Positions 30,677 through 40,683 are shown, counted from the first letter of the stretch. The stretch is DNA of 64,000 nucleotides from Candidatus Bathyarchaeota archaeon (GCA_963697165.1 CAVOMX010000011.1:32001-96000); one strand, 5' to 3'. Numbers and translations are program-made. The notes: a model not told the origin generated them from the letters alone.

Positions 30677-32161
30677 ATGAAAACACTTCTCATTAATCCG
30701 CCACAGACATTTTTTCCGGGTTCAGATATTCCAGCAGCTAATCTGCCTTTAGGTTTAATGTACATAGCCGCGGTTTTAGATGAGGCAGGATATAATGTGG
30801 AAATTTTAGATGCATTCATGACTGATTTGGCGTTCCGAAAAAAGGGTGATATAACAGAAGTTGGAATGTCTTACGAAAAAATAAGAGAAGAAATACAGAG
30901 AAGAAATCCAGACATTGTGGGTATAGCAAATCCGTTCACAAGCCAAGTAGAGCATGCGATTAAAGTTGCTGATATTGTCAAAGAAATAGACTCTAGCATT
31001 TTAACTGTGGTTGGAGGTCCTCATGGAACCGTAGTGCCAGTAGAATTCTTGGAAGCGGCAAAGAATGTTGACATTGTAGCAATCGGTGAAGGCGAATACA
31101 CAATGTTAGACATTTTAGGGTTCTTTGAGGGAAACAAGAAAATCAATGATATACAGGGGATTGCTCACCGTATGGCGGGTAAGGTAGTGTTGAATTCGCC
31201 AAGAGAATTTAACAAAAATTTGGATGTGTTGCCGTATCCTGCTTACCATTTAGTGAATATGGAAAAATATCTTAATCCTAAAACGATAGAATATCGCAGT
31301 TTTAAGAAAAGAGCATTATCGATGGTGACCAGCAGGGGATGCCCTTTCAATTGTAGCTTCTGTTCGGTTCATCTGCACATGGGAAAGACGTTTAGAGCGC
31401 ACTCGGTAGATTATGTTGTAGATCATATTGAGCATTTGGTAAACAAATACCACGTTAAGACGATATACTTTGAGGATGACAACCTCACATTTGACATACA
31501 GAGATTTGAGGCAATTTGTGACAAGATCATTGAAAGAGACATCAAATTCCAGTGGGAAACACCGAATGGAGTAAGGGCAGACTATTTGACGTTAGATCTT
31601 TTGAAGAAAATGAAAAAGACAGGATGCCAAAGCGTTTTTGTTGGCGTCGAATCTGGTGACCAGTATGTTTTGGATAACATAATTGGTAAGAGCCTCAGAT
31701 TGAAGAATGTGGTCAAGTTTGCTAAGATGTGCAAGAAAATTGGGCTGAGAACTGGGGCTTTTTACATTATTGGTTTTCCCGGGGAAACGAAAGAAAACAT
31801 GAGAAATACTGTCGAGTTTGCCCTTATGTTGAAGAGAAAATATGATGTTGGCATGCACCTTCTTTTTGCAACTCCGTCATACGGCACAAGACTGTACGAT
31901 GAATGCAAGAAAAATGGGTATATCCGAGGCAGTTTGACGCCGAGGGCTTTTGCTGAGGTTAGACAAAACTGGGGATTGCCGTTGATAGAAACCGAAAAAT
32001 TCACGGCTATTGATGTAAAAGAGATCGCTATAACTGCACTTAAGACATACAGGAGATTGTCCATAATCAACTATGTTAAGCAGCCCAGAAAAACATTGAA
32101 GAGTGTGATGAGTCAGCCAAATCTTGTTGGAAAATTCATCAAGAACATGCAATCTCGATGA
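30677..32161 (+). CDS. Cobalamin-binding radical SAM protein (#7)
   Basis: LINPP..PLGLMYIAAVL, GGPH, GEGE, TSRGCPFNCSFC, GVESG, GFPGET. Confidence 0.93.
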   Translation: MKTLLINPPQTFFPGSDIPAANLPLGLMYIAAVLDEAGYNVEILDAFMTDLAFRKKGDITEVGMSYEKIREEIQRRNPDIVGIANPFTSQVEHAIKVADIVKEIDSSILTVVGGPHGTVVPVEFLEAAKNVDIVAIGEGEYTMLDILGFFEGNKKINDIQGIAHRMAGKVVLNSPREFNKNLDVLPYPAYHLVNMEKYLNPKTIEYRSFKKRALSMVTSRGCPFNCSFCSVHLHMGKTFRAHSVDYVVDHIEHLVNKYHVKTIYFEDDNLTFDIQRFEAICDKIIERDIKFQWETPNGVRADYLTLDLLKKMKKTGCQSVFVGVESGDQYVLDNIIGKSLRLKNVVKFAKMCKKIGLRTGAFYIIGFPGETKENMRNTVEFALMLKRKYDVGMHLLFATPSYGTRLYDECKKNGYIRGSLTPRAFAEVRQNWGLPLIETEKFTAIDVKEIAITALKTYRRLSIINYVKQPRKTLKSVMSQPNLVGKFIKNMQSR

Positions 32162-32367
32162 ACAACGCAAAACATCAAGATGGGAAAACAAATCAGTAAT
32201 TGTTTTTTTCTACTTGTAGGATATGCGTCATTTTGGGTGTTGTTTTAGAAACCTTTAATTCAGGATATTCGATAGAATCAAATGCATGGTAAAGGCAGCT
32301 AGGGTTAAATCGCCTACATCTTACAGTAGAATCGCGGTTTTACCCTTTCACAAGATAACGCTTTGAA

Positions 32368-35244
32368 GTGAAAAACATGAGAATCACAAAAATTACCTGT
32401 TCAACAGTTGCATCCGTCTTAGTTTCGTTATTGATTGTATCATCTTTTATGATGGTCCCAGTTTCTGTTAGCGGCATCGTTGCTGATGCAAGCACTACAC
32501 TAGATGATTACGGCGATTTACTTCAGTATGAGTGGCCACAGATTCACGGCGATTCAGGTTTTACTCGTTACTCGGAGGGACCAGCCCCCGAATCAGCGGA
32601 CATCCTGTGGAAAACAACCATCGAGGGGATAGAAAGTTATGTTGCAGCATTTAACGGTAAAATCTTCGTTACAACAGCAACGAATGTTATTGCCCTTGAC
32701 AAGGACACAGGAGCAATCATCTGGAATACCACCCTTCCTGACCGTCAGCGGTGGCCAGCGGTATTCAAAATTGATGAAACTCGCCTGATCATATCAAATT
32801 ATTGTCTTGAAACAGAAACTGGAGAAATTTTGTGGAGAAGTGACGAGTTTTCTGCTAAAGTGTCCTATTGGGCTGAAAGTGTTTACAGTCCAGAAGAAAA
32901 AATGTTCTATACTCAAGGTGACTCGGTAGTTCTAGCTTGGAACGTCTCTGATATGTCAGAGCCGCCCGTACTAGAATGGGAAACCTATGTGTCGGGAAGC
33001 ACAGGATCTGGAACGGGTATACAATATGGCGATGGAAGAGTTTTCCCCGGATCTTTTGAGCCTCACCAGATGGCTCTTAATGCCACGACAGGCGAGGTTC
33101 TTTGGGATGTTGAAACAACAGGTGCAATGTGCTTCTCAGGTTCCTATTATGAGGGCAAGTTACTCAAGGCTGCTGAGCAAGATAACATGTTTTACTGTTT
33201 CGATGCTGATACGGGCAACATATTATGGGAGTATAGTCCAGGAACTCAGCTTGGATATTGGGTCAGCGGTAGCGCCGTAGCGTATGACATGGTCTATGAA
33301 CTCAATAAGGATGGACATCTTTACGCATTGGATGTGAACACGGGTAAATTGGTATGGAAATACCAAGGCGCAGATTACATGTATTGGCCAGGTTGGCCAG
33401 TGGTTGGTGATGGAAAAATCTATGCCACAGTAGGTCAAAGAGTGTCTATTCATCCTTACACATTGGAATATGGTGAATCTAAGTTTGTGTGTCTCGACGC
33501 CTATACGGGAGATCTCATCTGGGAACTGCCTATAGAAGCCTATGCTCCAAGAGAGTCTACTACAATCGCGTACGGAAACTTGTATCTTATTCCGGGTTAC
33601 ATTGAAGAATTCAAAATGAATAGCTACGTAACTCTCAACGAGGTTTGGGCTATAGGCGCTCAGCCAAGGTCTATGTGGCGTAGCGATTCGGAGAACACTG
33701 GAACGGGTCAGTCAGGTCCCACCAATCTAAATGTCAGGTGGAAGTTTACGACAGGCGGCGGAGTTGTTTCTACGCCAAGCATTGTCAATGGAAGAGTTTA
33801 TGTTGGTTCACAAGACAAAAACATCTATTGTCTCGATGCAGGAGACGGCAGACTTTTGTGGAATTTCGCGACTGAGGCTCGAATCAAATCGTCACCAGCT
33901 GTGGTTAACGGAAGGGTGTATATTGGACCCGACGATGGGTATGTTTATTGTCTGGACGCAAAAGATGGCAGCTTCATCTGGAAGAGTTACGCTGGCGGTT
34001 ACATTGAAGCCCACTTCGATGCTGTAACTGGAATACGCTCTTCGCCCATAGTGGTGAATAATATGCTGTATGTTGGTTCGCTGGACACCAATTTATACTG
34101 TTTAGATGCAGACAACGGAGATGTCCTGTGGACATACAAGACCGATGGTCAAATCACGTCCTCTCCAGCGGTATCAGATGGCGCAGTTTATGTCACTTCG
34201 CAGGAGCCGACCTCGGGTGCTCTATACAAAATAGATTCCATCAATGGAGATTTCATTTGGAAGCTGGATATTTCGTATATTCTTTCGGCTGATAGAGGCA
34301 TTGATTTGCATGTATCGCCAACAGTTGCAGATGGCATGGTTTTTGTAGCTGCAAATAAGGATGAGTATCATGGGGTAAACGCGACAACGGGTGAAGTTGT
34401 GTGGACATTCGTTACTGCTAGGGGCACAGAAGATGCAGGAGGATATTTGGTTGGTTCTATGGCGTATCATGATGGCAAACTTTTCATTATTGACATGTTC
34501 TTCATAACAGCCCTTGACGCAAAGACTGGAGAAGTCATTTGGAAGAGCTGGCAGGGAACGGAGTTGTATGCTTCACCTACCTATGCTGATGGCAAAGTCT
34601 ATGTTGCTACAGACAGGCGCATAATTTACGTCCTAAATGCCTCAGATGGAAAGAGGCTCTCATTTTTTGAGCCTAACTCTAACTGCTGGTCCTCCCCCGC
34701 AGTCTATGAGGGAAGAATGTACATAGGAAGCAACGACTGGAATGTCTACTGCTTTGGCAATTACCCAGTAACAAATGGTCAGATTTCCCTCATATTAAAC
34801 AATAATCAAATTAAACAGGGAGAATCTGTTACGGGTAGTGGTCAAATTACTCCCGGAATTGCATATGCGCCCATAACTGTGTCTTTTGTAAAATCTGACG
34901 GCACCACAGACAAGTTACAAGTTAGAGCACGCAATGATGGAACCTTCAACTTTGATTACATACCCGATAAAGTGGGCGAGTGGACAGTCTCCATCAGGTG
35001 TTCAGGAGCATCATATATAATGCAGAGCATGGAACTCTCCTTCAATGTTGTTGATAATCAGCAATCTGTACCAGAGCAAACACCACCAGAACATGAAGAA
35101 CCGACAAATGAGCAGACCTCAGGCATACCAGCAGAATATATCATTGTGGCGGTTACCGCATTAATTGTGGCGGTGATTGCAGTAGTTGCTTACCTATTTG
35201 TTAAGAAGAGGAACCGAAGTTCACCTGTTGCGATAACAAGCTAA
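32368..35244 (+). CDS. PQQ-like/BamB-type double beta-propeller surface protein with C-terminal membrane anchor
   Basis: Signal peptide; repeated SSP.V..G.VYVGS.D..YCLDA..G...W blades; Ig-like segment; TM plus KKRNR tail. Confidence 0.88.
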   Translation: MKNMRITKITCSTVASVLVSLLIVSSFMMVPVSVSGIVADASTTLDDYGDLLQYEWPQIHGDSGFTRYSEGPAPESADILWKTTIEGIESYVAAFNGKIFVTTATNVIALDKDTGAIIWNTTLPDRQRWPAVFKIDETRLIISNYCLETETGEILWRSDEFSAKVSYWAESVYSPEEKMFYTQGDSVVLAWNVSDMSEPPVLEWETYVSGSTGSGTGIQYGDGRVFPGSFEPHQMALNATTGEVLWDVETTGAMCFSGSYYEGKLLKAAEQDNMFYCFDADTGNILWEYSPGTQLGYWVSGSAVAYDMVYELNKDGHLYALDVNTGKLVWKYQGADYMYWPGWPVVGDGKIYATVGQRVSIHPYTLEYGESKFVCLDAYTGDLIWELPIEAYAPRESTTIAYGNLYLIPGYIEEFKMNSYVTLNEVWAIGAQPRSMWRSDSENTGTGQSGPTNLNVRWKFTTGGGVVSTPSIVNGRVYVGSQDKNIYCLDAGDGRLLWNFATEARIKSSPAVVNGRVYIGPDDGYVYCLDAKDGSFIWKSYAGGYIEAHFDAVTGIRSSPIVVNNMLYVGSLDTNLYCLDADNGDVLWTYKTDGQITSSPAVSDGAVYVTSQEPTSGALYKIDSINGDFIWKLDISYILSADRGIDLHVSPTVADGMVFVAANKDEYHGVNATTGEVVWTFVTARGTEDAGGYLVGSMAYHDGKLFIIDMFFITALDAKTGEVIWKSWQGTELYASPTYADGKVYVATDRRIIYVLNASDGKRLSFFEPNSNCWSSPAVYEGRMYIGSNDWNVYCFGNYPVTNGQISLILNNNQIKQGESVTGSGQITPGIAYAPITVSFVKSDGTTDKLQVRARNDGTFNFDYIPDKVGEWTVSIRCSGASYIMQSMELSFNVVDNQQSVPEQTPPEHEEPTNEQTSGIPAEYIIVAVTALIVAVIAVVAYLFVKKRNRSSPVAITS

Positions 35245-35261
35245 ACAATATAGAACATATA

Positions 35262-36458
35262 TTAGACCAAGATTTCCGATGCTTCAGAGTAGACCTGAAA
35301 CATTTTCTGGGAACAAATGTCCCAAGAAAAGTTTTTGCTAACAAAGTATCTGCCAGAGCGCCCCATCTTTTCCCGTAAGTCTTTGTTTGAAAGCAGACAG
35401 GAAATGGCGTTGGCTAGCTCGTAACTGTCGGGTTCAACAAGTAATCCAGTTTCTTTGTTTTTTACGACCTCATTGATTGCGCTAACGTTGAATGCAACCA
35501 CTGGCTTAGCCGTGGCTTGTGCCTCCAACAAGGATATTCCCTGCCCTTCCTGTATTGATGGTGAAGCAAAAACATCAGCGCAATTATATAACCTGTGAAG
35601 CATGGCTTCGGAAACGTCGCCTAAAAAGGCAAACGTGTCCATTACACCTTGCTCTTTTGAGTAGGAAATCAGATTGTTTTTGAGTGGGCCTTCTCCAACT
35701 ACCACGAACTTTGTTTCTTTATGCTCTTTGATGACATGTTTTGCTGCTTCGATTAGGTAATGTAAGCCTTTTCTGGGTATTAGGTTGCCAACGAAGAGTA
35801 CCAACTGTTTGTTGTTTCCGCCGATTCTATCCTTGAGGTGTTCACAATTTTGTGTTGGCTTGAATCTTTGGATGTCCACACCATTTGGAACTATCCGTAT
35901 TTTCTTACTATCAACAGCATACAACTGAACCAATTTTTTGGCTGAATATCTGCTGACAGTAACTATCAAGGTTGCGTCTCTTGATGCTTCCTTTTCGATT
36001 CGTGCAAGATTCCACATGAAAACGTTAGAGAGCTTCATTCTAAGGGATGGAGAAACACTCTTTGACGATTGAATATACTCGTCCGCCAGAACCCCATGAA
36101 CAGTCTGAATGAATGGCTTTCGGATTTTCCGATTTTTTAAGGCTTTCAGGAATTTGTATCCGCTAACAGTGTGCGCTTCATAGACGTCGGCTTTGATGAC
36201 ATCAACCATTCTTGAGAGGGAACGGTTGAAAATCCAGTTGTCCAACGGAAAAAGCACATCAGTAGAGAGGACGGGAACGAGGGTGGTTCCGTTTATCACA
36301 GCAGGTTTGTTGAAGCCCTTTTTTGTTCCGCTGTAAACTGTCGTGTCGACTTTATTTAGCAAGTTTTTGGCATTCTCAACTATTCGGCGTTCAACGCCTC
36401 CGAAGTAAAGGTGAGGTGGCTGAGTGTTAAAGACGGCTACCTTCAGCTTCCTGTTCAT
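35262..36458 (-). CDS. GT4-family glycosyltransferase
   Basis: GGVERR, VPNGVD, FVGNL..RKG, PSIQEGQGISLLEAQA. Confidence 0.92.
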   Translation of the reverse strand: MNRKLKVAVFNTQPPHLYFGGVERRIVENAKNLLNKVDTTVYSGTKKGFNKPAVINGTTLVPVLSTDVLFPLDNWIFNRSLSRMVDVIKADVYEAHTVSGYKFLKALKNRKIRKPFIQTVHGVLADEYIQSSKSVSPSLRMKLSNVFMWNLARIEKEASRDATLIVTVSRYSAKKLVQLYAVDSKKIRIVPNGVDIQRFKPTQNCEHLKDRIGGNNKQLVLFVGNLIPRKGLHYLIEAAKHVIKEHKETKFVVVGEGPLKNNLISYSKEQGVMDTFAFLGDVSEAMLHRLYNCADVFASPSIQEGQGISLLEAQATAKPVVAFNVSAINEVVKNKETGLLVEPDSYELANAISCLLSNKDLREKMGRSGRYFVSKNFSWDICSQKMFQVYSEASEILV

Positions 36459-36530
36459 GTATGTGTGCCTCTAAGTTTGAAGCGTTTTTTCCTATGCCAT
36501 TCTTTGGCAACATTAAGTATTAAAATGGAA

Positions 36531-37544
36531 CTAGATGGGGTAAGCCCCGCATACTTTACAGAACTTGCTTTTTACGTTGCCGCCTGTAGATTTGCAGTAT
36601 GGGCACTGTTTGCCTTCTACATCTTTGAAGGCCTCAGAGGGTACCCCAAAAGTGGACCTGAAAATCTCATAATAGAACAGGTGCTCTTTGTCTCTTATTG
36701 TGACCTGATCAGTTTCCTGATACTTTTTGGATTTCTGTTGGAAATATTTGTCAGAAATTTTTTCGCCGAAAACTTTTGGAAAAATGGTGGTTCCTGAGCC
36801 AAATTCTAGTGGAGTTTTTATTCTCCACACGATTTCGTCGGGCAGGAGACCCTCGTAGGCTTTACGCATTATCCATTTTCCCCACATTTTGCCGCGTTCA
36901 CGCCTAATCATCAGATTTGTGTCAACATTGTAGGTGTACGATTTGAATTCAGGATCAAGAAACGGGGGCTTGGATACTAGTCCGAGCGATTTTGCCATGG
37001 GAATCGATGTGAATTGCATCACCTGCCACATGTTTGACAGGTAGTCCTTTAGTTCTTGTTCGTTGAGACCAAAAAGCCAACTGTATCCGCCTAGGAGTTC
37101 GTCTAAACCATCGCCTGTCATCATTGCTTTGATTCCATTTTCTTTTGCAGCTTTCAAACCGACGTAGGCTGCTACGCTGTTTCTGACGTCCATGGGGTCA
37201 AAAACCTTCAGAATCTTGATTACATCTTGGATGGCTGAGTGCATCTCCTCTTCGCCAAAAACATGAACAGTGTGATTCATCTTCAGCAAGTCTGCCATCA
37301 GCTTTGCATACTTGAGGTCTAGAGCAGGCGAGTTCTCGAAGGCGACAGTGAATGACTCCAGTTTAGTGTATTTCGATGCTTCAAATGCGACGATGCTTGT
37401 GTCTAATCCTCCAGAAAACAGGATTCCGTCAGTTAGATTTCTTTTCACAACCTTGTCTGTGAGTTGACGAATCTCTGAACAAATTTGATTGATTGAATCC
37501 AAATCTAATCCCTTCAGAACCGAGCTTACAGGATGGTTATGCAA
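36531..37544 (-). CDS. Asparagine-synthase-like ATP-dependent amide ligase (synthetase domain only) with C-terminal Zn ribbon
   Basis: LFSGGLDTS, MTGDGLDELLGGY, PFLD, KWIMRKA..LPDEIVWR.K.P..GSG; CPYC..CKVCG; no N-terminal Ntn glutaminase domain. Confidence 0.82.
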   Translation of the reverse strand: MHNHPVSSVLKGLDLDSINQICSEIRQLTDKVVKRNLTDGILFSGGLDTSIVAFEASKYTKLESFTVAFENSPALDLKYAKLMADLLKMNHTVHVFGEEEMHSAIQDVIKILKVFDPMDVRNSVAAYVGLKAAKENGIKAMMTGDGLDELLGGYSWLFGLNEQELKDYLSNMWQVMQFTSIPMAKSLGLVSKPPFLDPEFKSYTYNVDTNLMIRRERGKMWGKWIMRKAYEGLLPDEIVWRIKTPLEFGSGTTIFPKVFGEKISDKYFQQKSKKYQETDQVTIRDKEHLFYYEIFRSTFGVPSEAFKDVEGKQCPYCKSTGGNVKSKFCKVCGAYPI

Positions 37545-37613
37545 ATTTAAGGTTTGTTAGCTAAACCTCAGCTAAATCAACAAGTATGTCCTAGTTTGGA
37601 AGCTAGAAAATGT

Positions 37614-38180
37614 TTACTGAATTTTGTATTTTCGAATTAAAGCCACTGCAGCCAAAGCAACAACTAGAGAACTCAATGATGGAAGCGCTGTTACTAGGGT
37701 TAAACCGAATGGAGTGAAACTTAAGAAGAGACCTGCTAGGGCTGTGATGGCAAAGCTTAATCCTATGGAGAAAGTGATTCTTTCGATTACATCTAGTGCT
37801 TGCTCTTTGGGAAACAGTGTTTCGGTTAGGCAATAGCCTGGCAGAAAGGCTACGAGAATGAAGGCAAATATGTAACGTATGTAGGATAGCGGGTGTCCGG
37901 TTTCTGGAAGTAACAGGATTGAAATGAATGAAAGAGCGGATGTGACTATTGCTATCCAGAACCAGCGGCTTGTTTTCGGAGACAGGAATCTGATGAAGTT
38001 TTTGTGGTATGCTGGTTCTTCTAGGGCAACTAGCCCTTTTTTGTGGAGAGCCTTTATTTCCTGTTCTATGGCTATGGGTGTAGCGTCAACCTGTGCTTGA
38101 ACTAACTGAAATAGCTCTTTCACATTGCCTGGTTGCTTTGTCTCTAAGATGTCTAGTATTACATTTTCGAGGGAGTTCAT
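37614..38180 (-). CDS. DUF1616-family membrane protein with N-terminal HTH-like segment
   Basis: R..F.F....FLPGY.LT..LFP....LD.IER...SIGLS.A....GL.L.FTP.G. Confidence 0.8.
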   Translation of the reverse strand: MNSLENVILDILETKQPGNVKELFQLVQAQVDATPIAIEQEIKALHKKGLVALEEPAYHKNFIRFLSPKTSRWFWIAIVTSALSFISILLLPETGHPLSYIRYIFAFILVAFLPGYCLTETLFPKEQALDVIERITFSIGLSFAITALAGLFLSFTPFGLTLVTALPSLSSLVVALAAVALIRKYKIQ

Positions 38181-38319
38181 TTGTACACCAGTTTTCTTAT
38201 TGGCGGTTTACCATAAAAGCGTAGTTCTTGAACTGTGCTGGTTTAGAACTGTAAATAGGACAAAAACAGTAGAAGTCGATACTGCTAAGCTGTTCACAGG
38301 GCGATAAGGCTAGGAGTCT

Positions 38320-38340
38320 AATAGAAAAAATAAAAGAGGG
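38320..38340 (-). terminator. U-rich archaeal terminator-like tract after mtrH
   Basis: Minus strand ccctcttttattttttctatt about 40 nt after the stop codon. Confidence 0.4.
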
Positions 38341-38379
38341 CATATTAGCCCATAGGAAATTTCTGGTTTGCTTAGGGAT

Positions 38380-39297
38380 TTAGCCTACTAGCTTGAAGAG
38401 CGGATGTTTGCCTTCTTCGGCTGGTCGTGTGCCAAGCTCTGCGGTCGCAGTCAGTATGTATGTGTCAACTACTGCAACAGCGGGGAAGACGAATTCTGCA
38501 AATTCAATTGGACCAAACATGATCCAGTCACATCCGATCATTGGCAGTATGGCATTCTGTGCTGCGTCGACGGCTTTTTTGATGTCTTTCGGGAAGTTGC
38601 CTTTAACCCATCCAAGGGTGTCAGAAACGTTTCCGATGCCGGTTCCAACGGCTCCGCGGTCACCATACAGTTCTTTGATTACATATATGGATCTGAGGCC
38701 TGCTCCTACGCCTATGCCCCATGCGGGCATAGCTGTGTCGATGAGAGCGCCTTCTATTCCCGCTTGGTCAGCCATTTCTAGTATTCCGGGTAAAACATCG
38801 AGTTTGCCTTGGACGGTGTCGTCTGTGGGGTTGTCACATAGGATAATGGATGCTTTTACGTCGCTGTCTTTCAGGTTTTGTAGTTCTGCTTCTTTGACTC
38901 CTTTGTAGATGGAGTTGTTGATGAGTCTAGCTGATAGGCCAACTTCGTGTGCCCATTTGATTGTTTCCATTCTGAGTTTGGGGCTTATGGCGTCTATTTG
39001 TATTGGTGCTTGTGTTACTTCGCTGATGAAGGTGATGTATTTTTGGAATGCGGGTACCGAAGTGCCTACAACATCCAAAATGAAGGGGTTGGTTGTCATG
39101 TCAGAGAGCTCGTCCATCCTGTTGATGAGAGCTTCTGCGCGTGCCTTGTCGAAGATTCCTTCCTTCTTATCTGTAACAATCTTGTGACCACTGTAAAAGA
39201 TTGTGGCAGTAAGAGCTGTTGGAACTTCTCCAGGTTGACCTCCGACTTTAATGCCGCCAGCGTTTATAATTTTTTGTTCCTTTTCAAACCTAAACAT
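38380..39297 (-). CDS. mtrH: MtrH/MtxH-family pterin:corrinoid methyltransferase
   Basis: MFRFEKEQK..GGQPGE.PT....IFY..HKIV.D...G.FD...AE.L, NSI, GIGN, MFGPIE. Confidence 0.88.
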   Translation of the reverse strand: MFRFEKEQKIINAGGIKVGGQPGEVPTALTATIFYSGHKIVTDKKEGIFDKARAEALINRMDELSDMTTNPFILDVVGTSVPAFQKYITFISEVTQAPIQIDAISPKLRMETIKWAHEVGLSARLINNSIYKGVKEAELQNLKDSDVKASIILCDNPTDDTVQGKLDVLPGILEMADQAGIEGALIDTAMPAWGIGVGAGLRSIYVIKELYGDRGAVGTGIGNVSDTLGWVKGNFPKDIKKAVDAAQNAILPMIGCDWIMFGPIEFAEFVFPAVAVVDTYILTATAELGTRPAEEGKHPLFKLVG

Positions 39298-39341
39298 TCT
39301 AATTCACTTCTCGCATTTTTGCGGAGAATTTACCGCTGAAC

Positions 39342-39767
39342 TTACTTTCCTAGAGCCTTCTTTGCGAGGGCTACAGCTTCTTCCCTAGTCTCGCCGAAGA
39401 GAGCACCTATTTCTTCAGCATCATCTTTGTCTACTGCAGCGCCACCGATCATGATAGTGACTTTGCCTTTTAGGCCTGCAGCTTCTATGGCTGACATTAG
39501 GGCGGGTATGTTGTTTTTGGCGGGTGCGGTGTTTATTGATACTGCTATGATGTCTGCGTTGACTTCTTTTGCTTTTTGGGCGAATGATTCTGCTGGTGCT
39601 TTTTTGCCTACGTCATAGCATTTGAATTGTGCTTTTGTTAGTGATTTTCGTACCATTTCTTTGGGGGTTAGGTGTACGTCAGGGTCTAGGGTGCCTATTA
39701 CAATGATTCCAAGTGGGTTTTCTGGTTCAGCCGGTTCTTTTTCCATCATGGATTTTAACCAAGACAT
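39342..39767 (-). CDS. Stand-alone cobalamin-binding (corrinoid) protein
   Basis: IVIGTLDPDVH..K.MV, YDVG, ADIIAVS, IMIGGAAV..IGA; 141 aa with no N-terminal cap domain. Confidence 0.85.
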   Translation of the reverse strand: MSWLKSMMEKEPAEPENPLGIIVIGTLDPDVHLTPKEMVRKSLTKAQFKCYDVGKKAPAESFAQKAKEVNADIIAVSINTAPAKNNIPALMSAIEAAGLKGKVTIMIGGAAVDKDDAEEIGALFGETREEAVALAKKALGK

Positions 39768-39820
39768 AAAGATTTCATCCTTTATTGTTGAGTAACTGGG
39801 GTTTTATGGATAGACGGGCG

Positions 39821-39850
39821 TATAAGCTTTTTGTCGCAACATTATAAAAA
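39821..39850. promoter_or_regulatory. Divergent promoter region (corrinoid-mtrH / cobS) with central TTGTCGCAA element
   Basis: Minus-strand AAAAAGCTTATA and plus-strand ATTATAAAAA flank TTGTCGCAA (39831-39839). Confidence 0.45.
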
Positions 39851-39894
39851 GACAGTTTTTGGTGTTGTTTATTGGGCAAGCTTAAAAGTATATT

Positions 39895-40683
39895 ATGGTT
39901 CATAGTTTTGCTTGTCAATGCGTATTTGGAGGCTGTTCTGGGTTGCTTGTTAAGGGCTTGAAGGGTTTGTTTGGTTTTTTAACGATTTTGCCTATTGGGA
40001 TGGAGTCTATTGAGGCGTTGTCTAAGTACTTTTTTTTGTGCCCCATTGTAGGGTTGGCTATTGGTTTGGTTGCTGGGGCTGTAGGATTTGGGGTAGGTTT
40101 TGTTTTGCCTGATTTGATTTGTGGTTTTCTTGTTTTGGTTGTTATTCAGCTTTTGACGGGTTTTCATCATTTGGATGGTCTTTTGGATTTTAGTGATGCA
40201 GCGATGGCTAGGGGCGATACGAAACGGAGGTTGGAGGTTATGCATGATATGTTTACGGGTGCGGCTGCTGTGGCGTCTGGGGTTATTGTTCTTGCTTTGA
40301 CAGGTTTGGCCTTTGGAAGTTTTTCGGGTTTGGACATCTTGAAGGTGGCGATTGTTGCTGAGGTTGTGGCTAAGGAGAGCATGGTTTTGACTGCATATCT
40401 TGGAAAGAAACCAACCTACAAGGGGTCAGGATATTATGTGGTTGAAGCCATGGAGAAAAAGCATCTTGAGGCGTTTTCTTCTTTGGTTTTGTGTGCTGCT
40501 GTAGGTTTTGTTTTGGTGGGGGTCTGGTTTGTTTTTGTTTTGGCTGCTATGGGTGTTGCTGTTTTGGTGTTGACGTCTTACTCTAACAAGACTTTGGAGA
40601 GTGTAACCGGAGACGTTATGGGAGCAAGCAACGAAATCAACAGAATGATAGCACTTATCATGATGGTCGCAATAATGGTCTAA
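39895..40683 (+). CDS. cobS: Adenosylcobinamide-GDP ribazoletransferase (cobalamin synthase)
   Basis: FLTILP, P.VG..IG, LTGFHHLDGLLDFSDA, RRLEVMHD..TGA, GSG, VTGDVMGASNE; true start may be a few codons downstream. Confidence 0.92.
   Translation: MVHSFACQCVFGGCSGLLVKGLKGLFGFLTILPIGMESIEALSKYFFLCPIVGLAIGLVAGAVGFGVGFVLPDLICGFLVLVVIQLLTGFHHLDGLLDFSDAAMARGDTKRRLEVMHDMFTGAAAVASGVIVLALTGLAFGSFSGLDILKVAIVAEVVAKESMVLTAYLGKKPTYKGSGYYVVEAMEKKHLEAFSSLVLCAAVGFVLVGVWFVFVLAAMGVAVLVLTSYSNKTLESVTGDVMGASNEINRMIALIMMVAIMV

Noticed and set aside
11301..32161. Idea that seven B12-rSAMs install the corrin ring methyl groups de novo
   Set aside because: Numerical coincidence only; known corrin methylation uses non-radical precorrin methyltransferases, none of which (nor a chelatase) is present
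11301..32161. Labelling the B12-rSAMs as BchE (Mg-protoporphyrin cyclase) or HpnP
   Set aside because: Generic family labels; no chlorophyll or hopanoid genes in context
38380..39297. Evidence for methanogenesis or a membrane Mtr complex
   Set aside because: Only mtrH is present; no mtrA-G or mcr in the window, and stand-alone MtrH homologs are widespread
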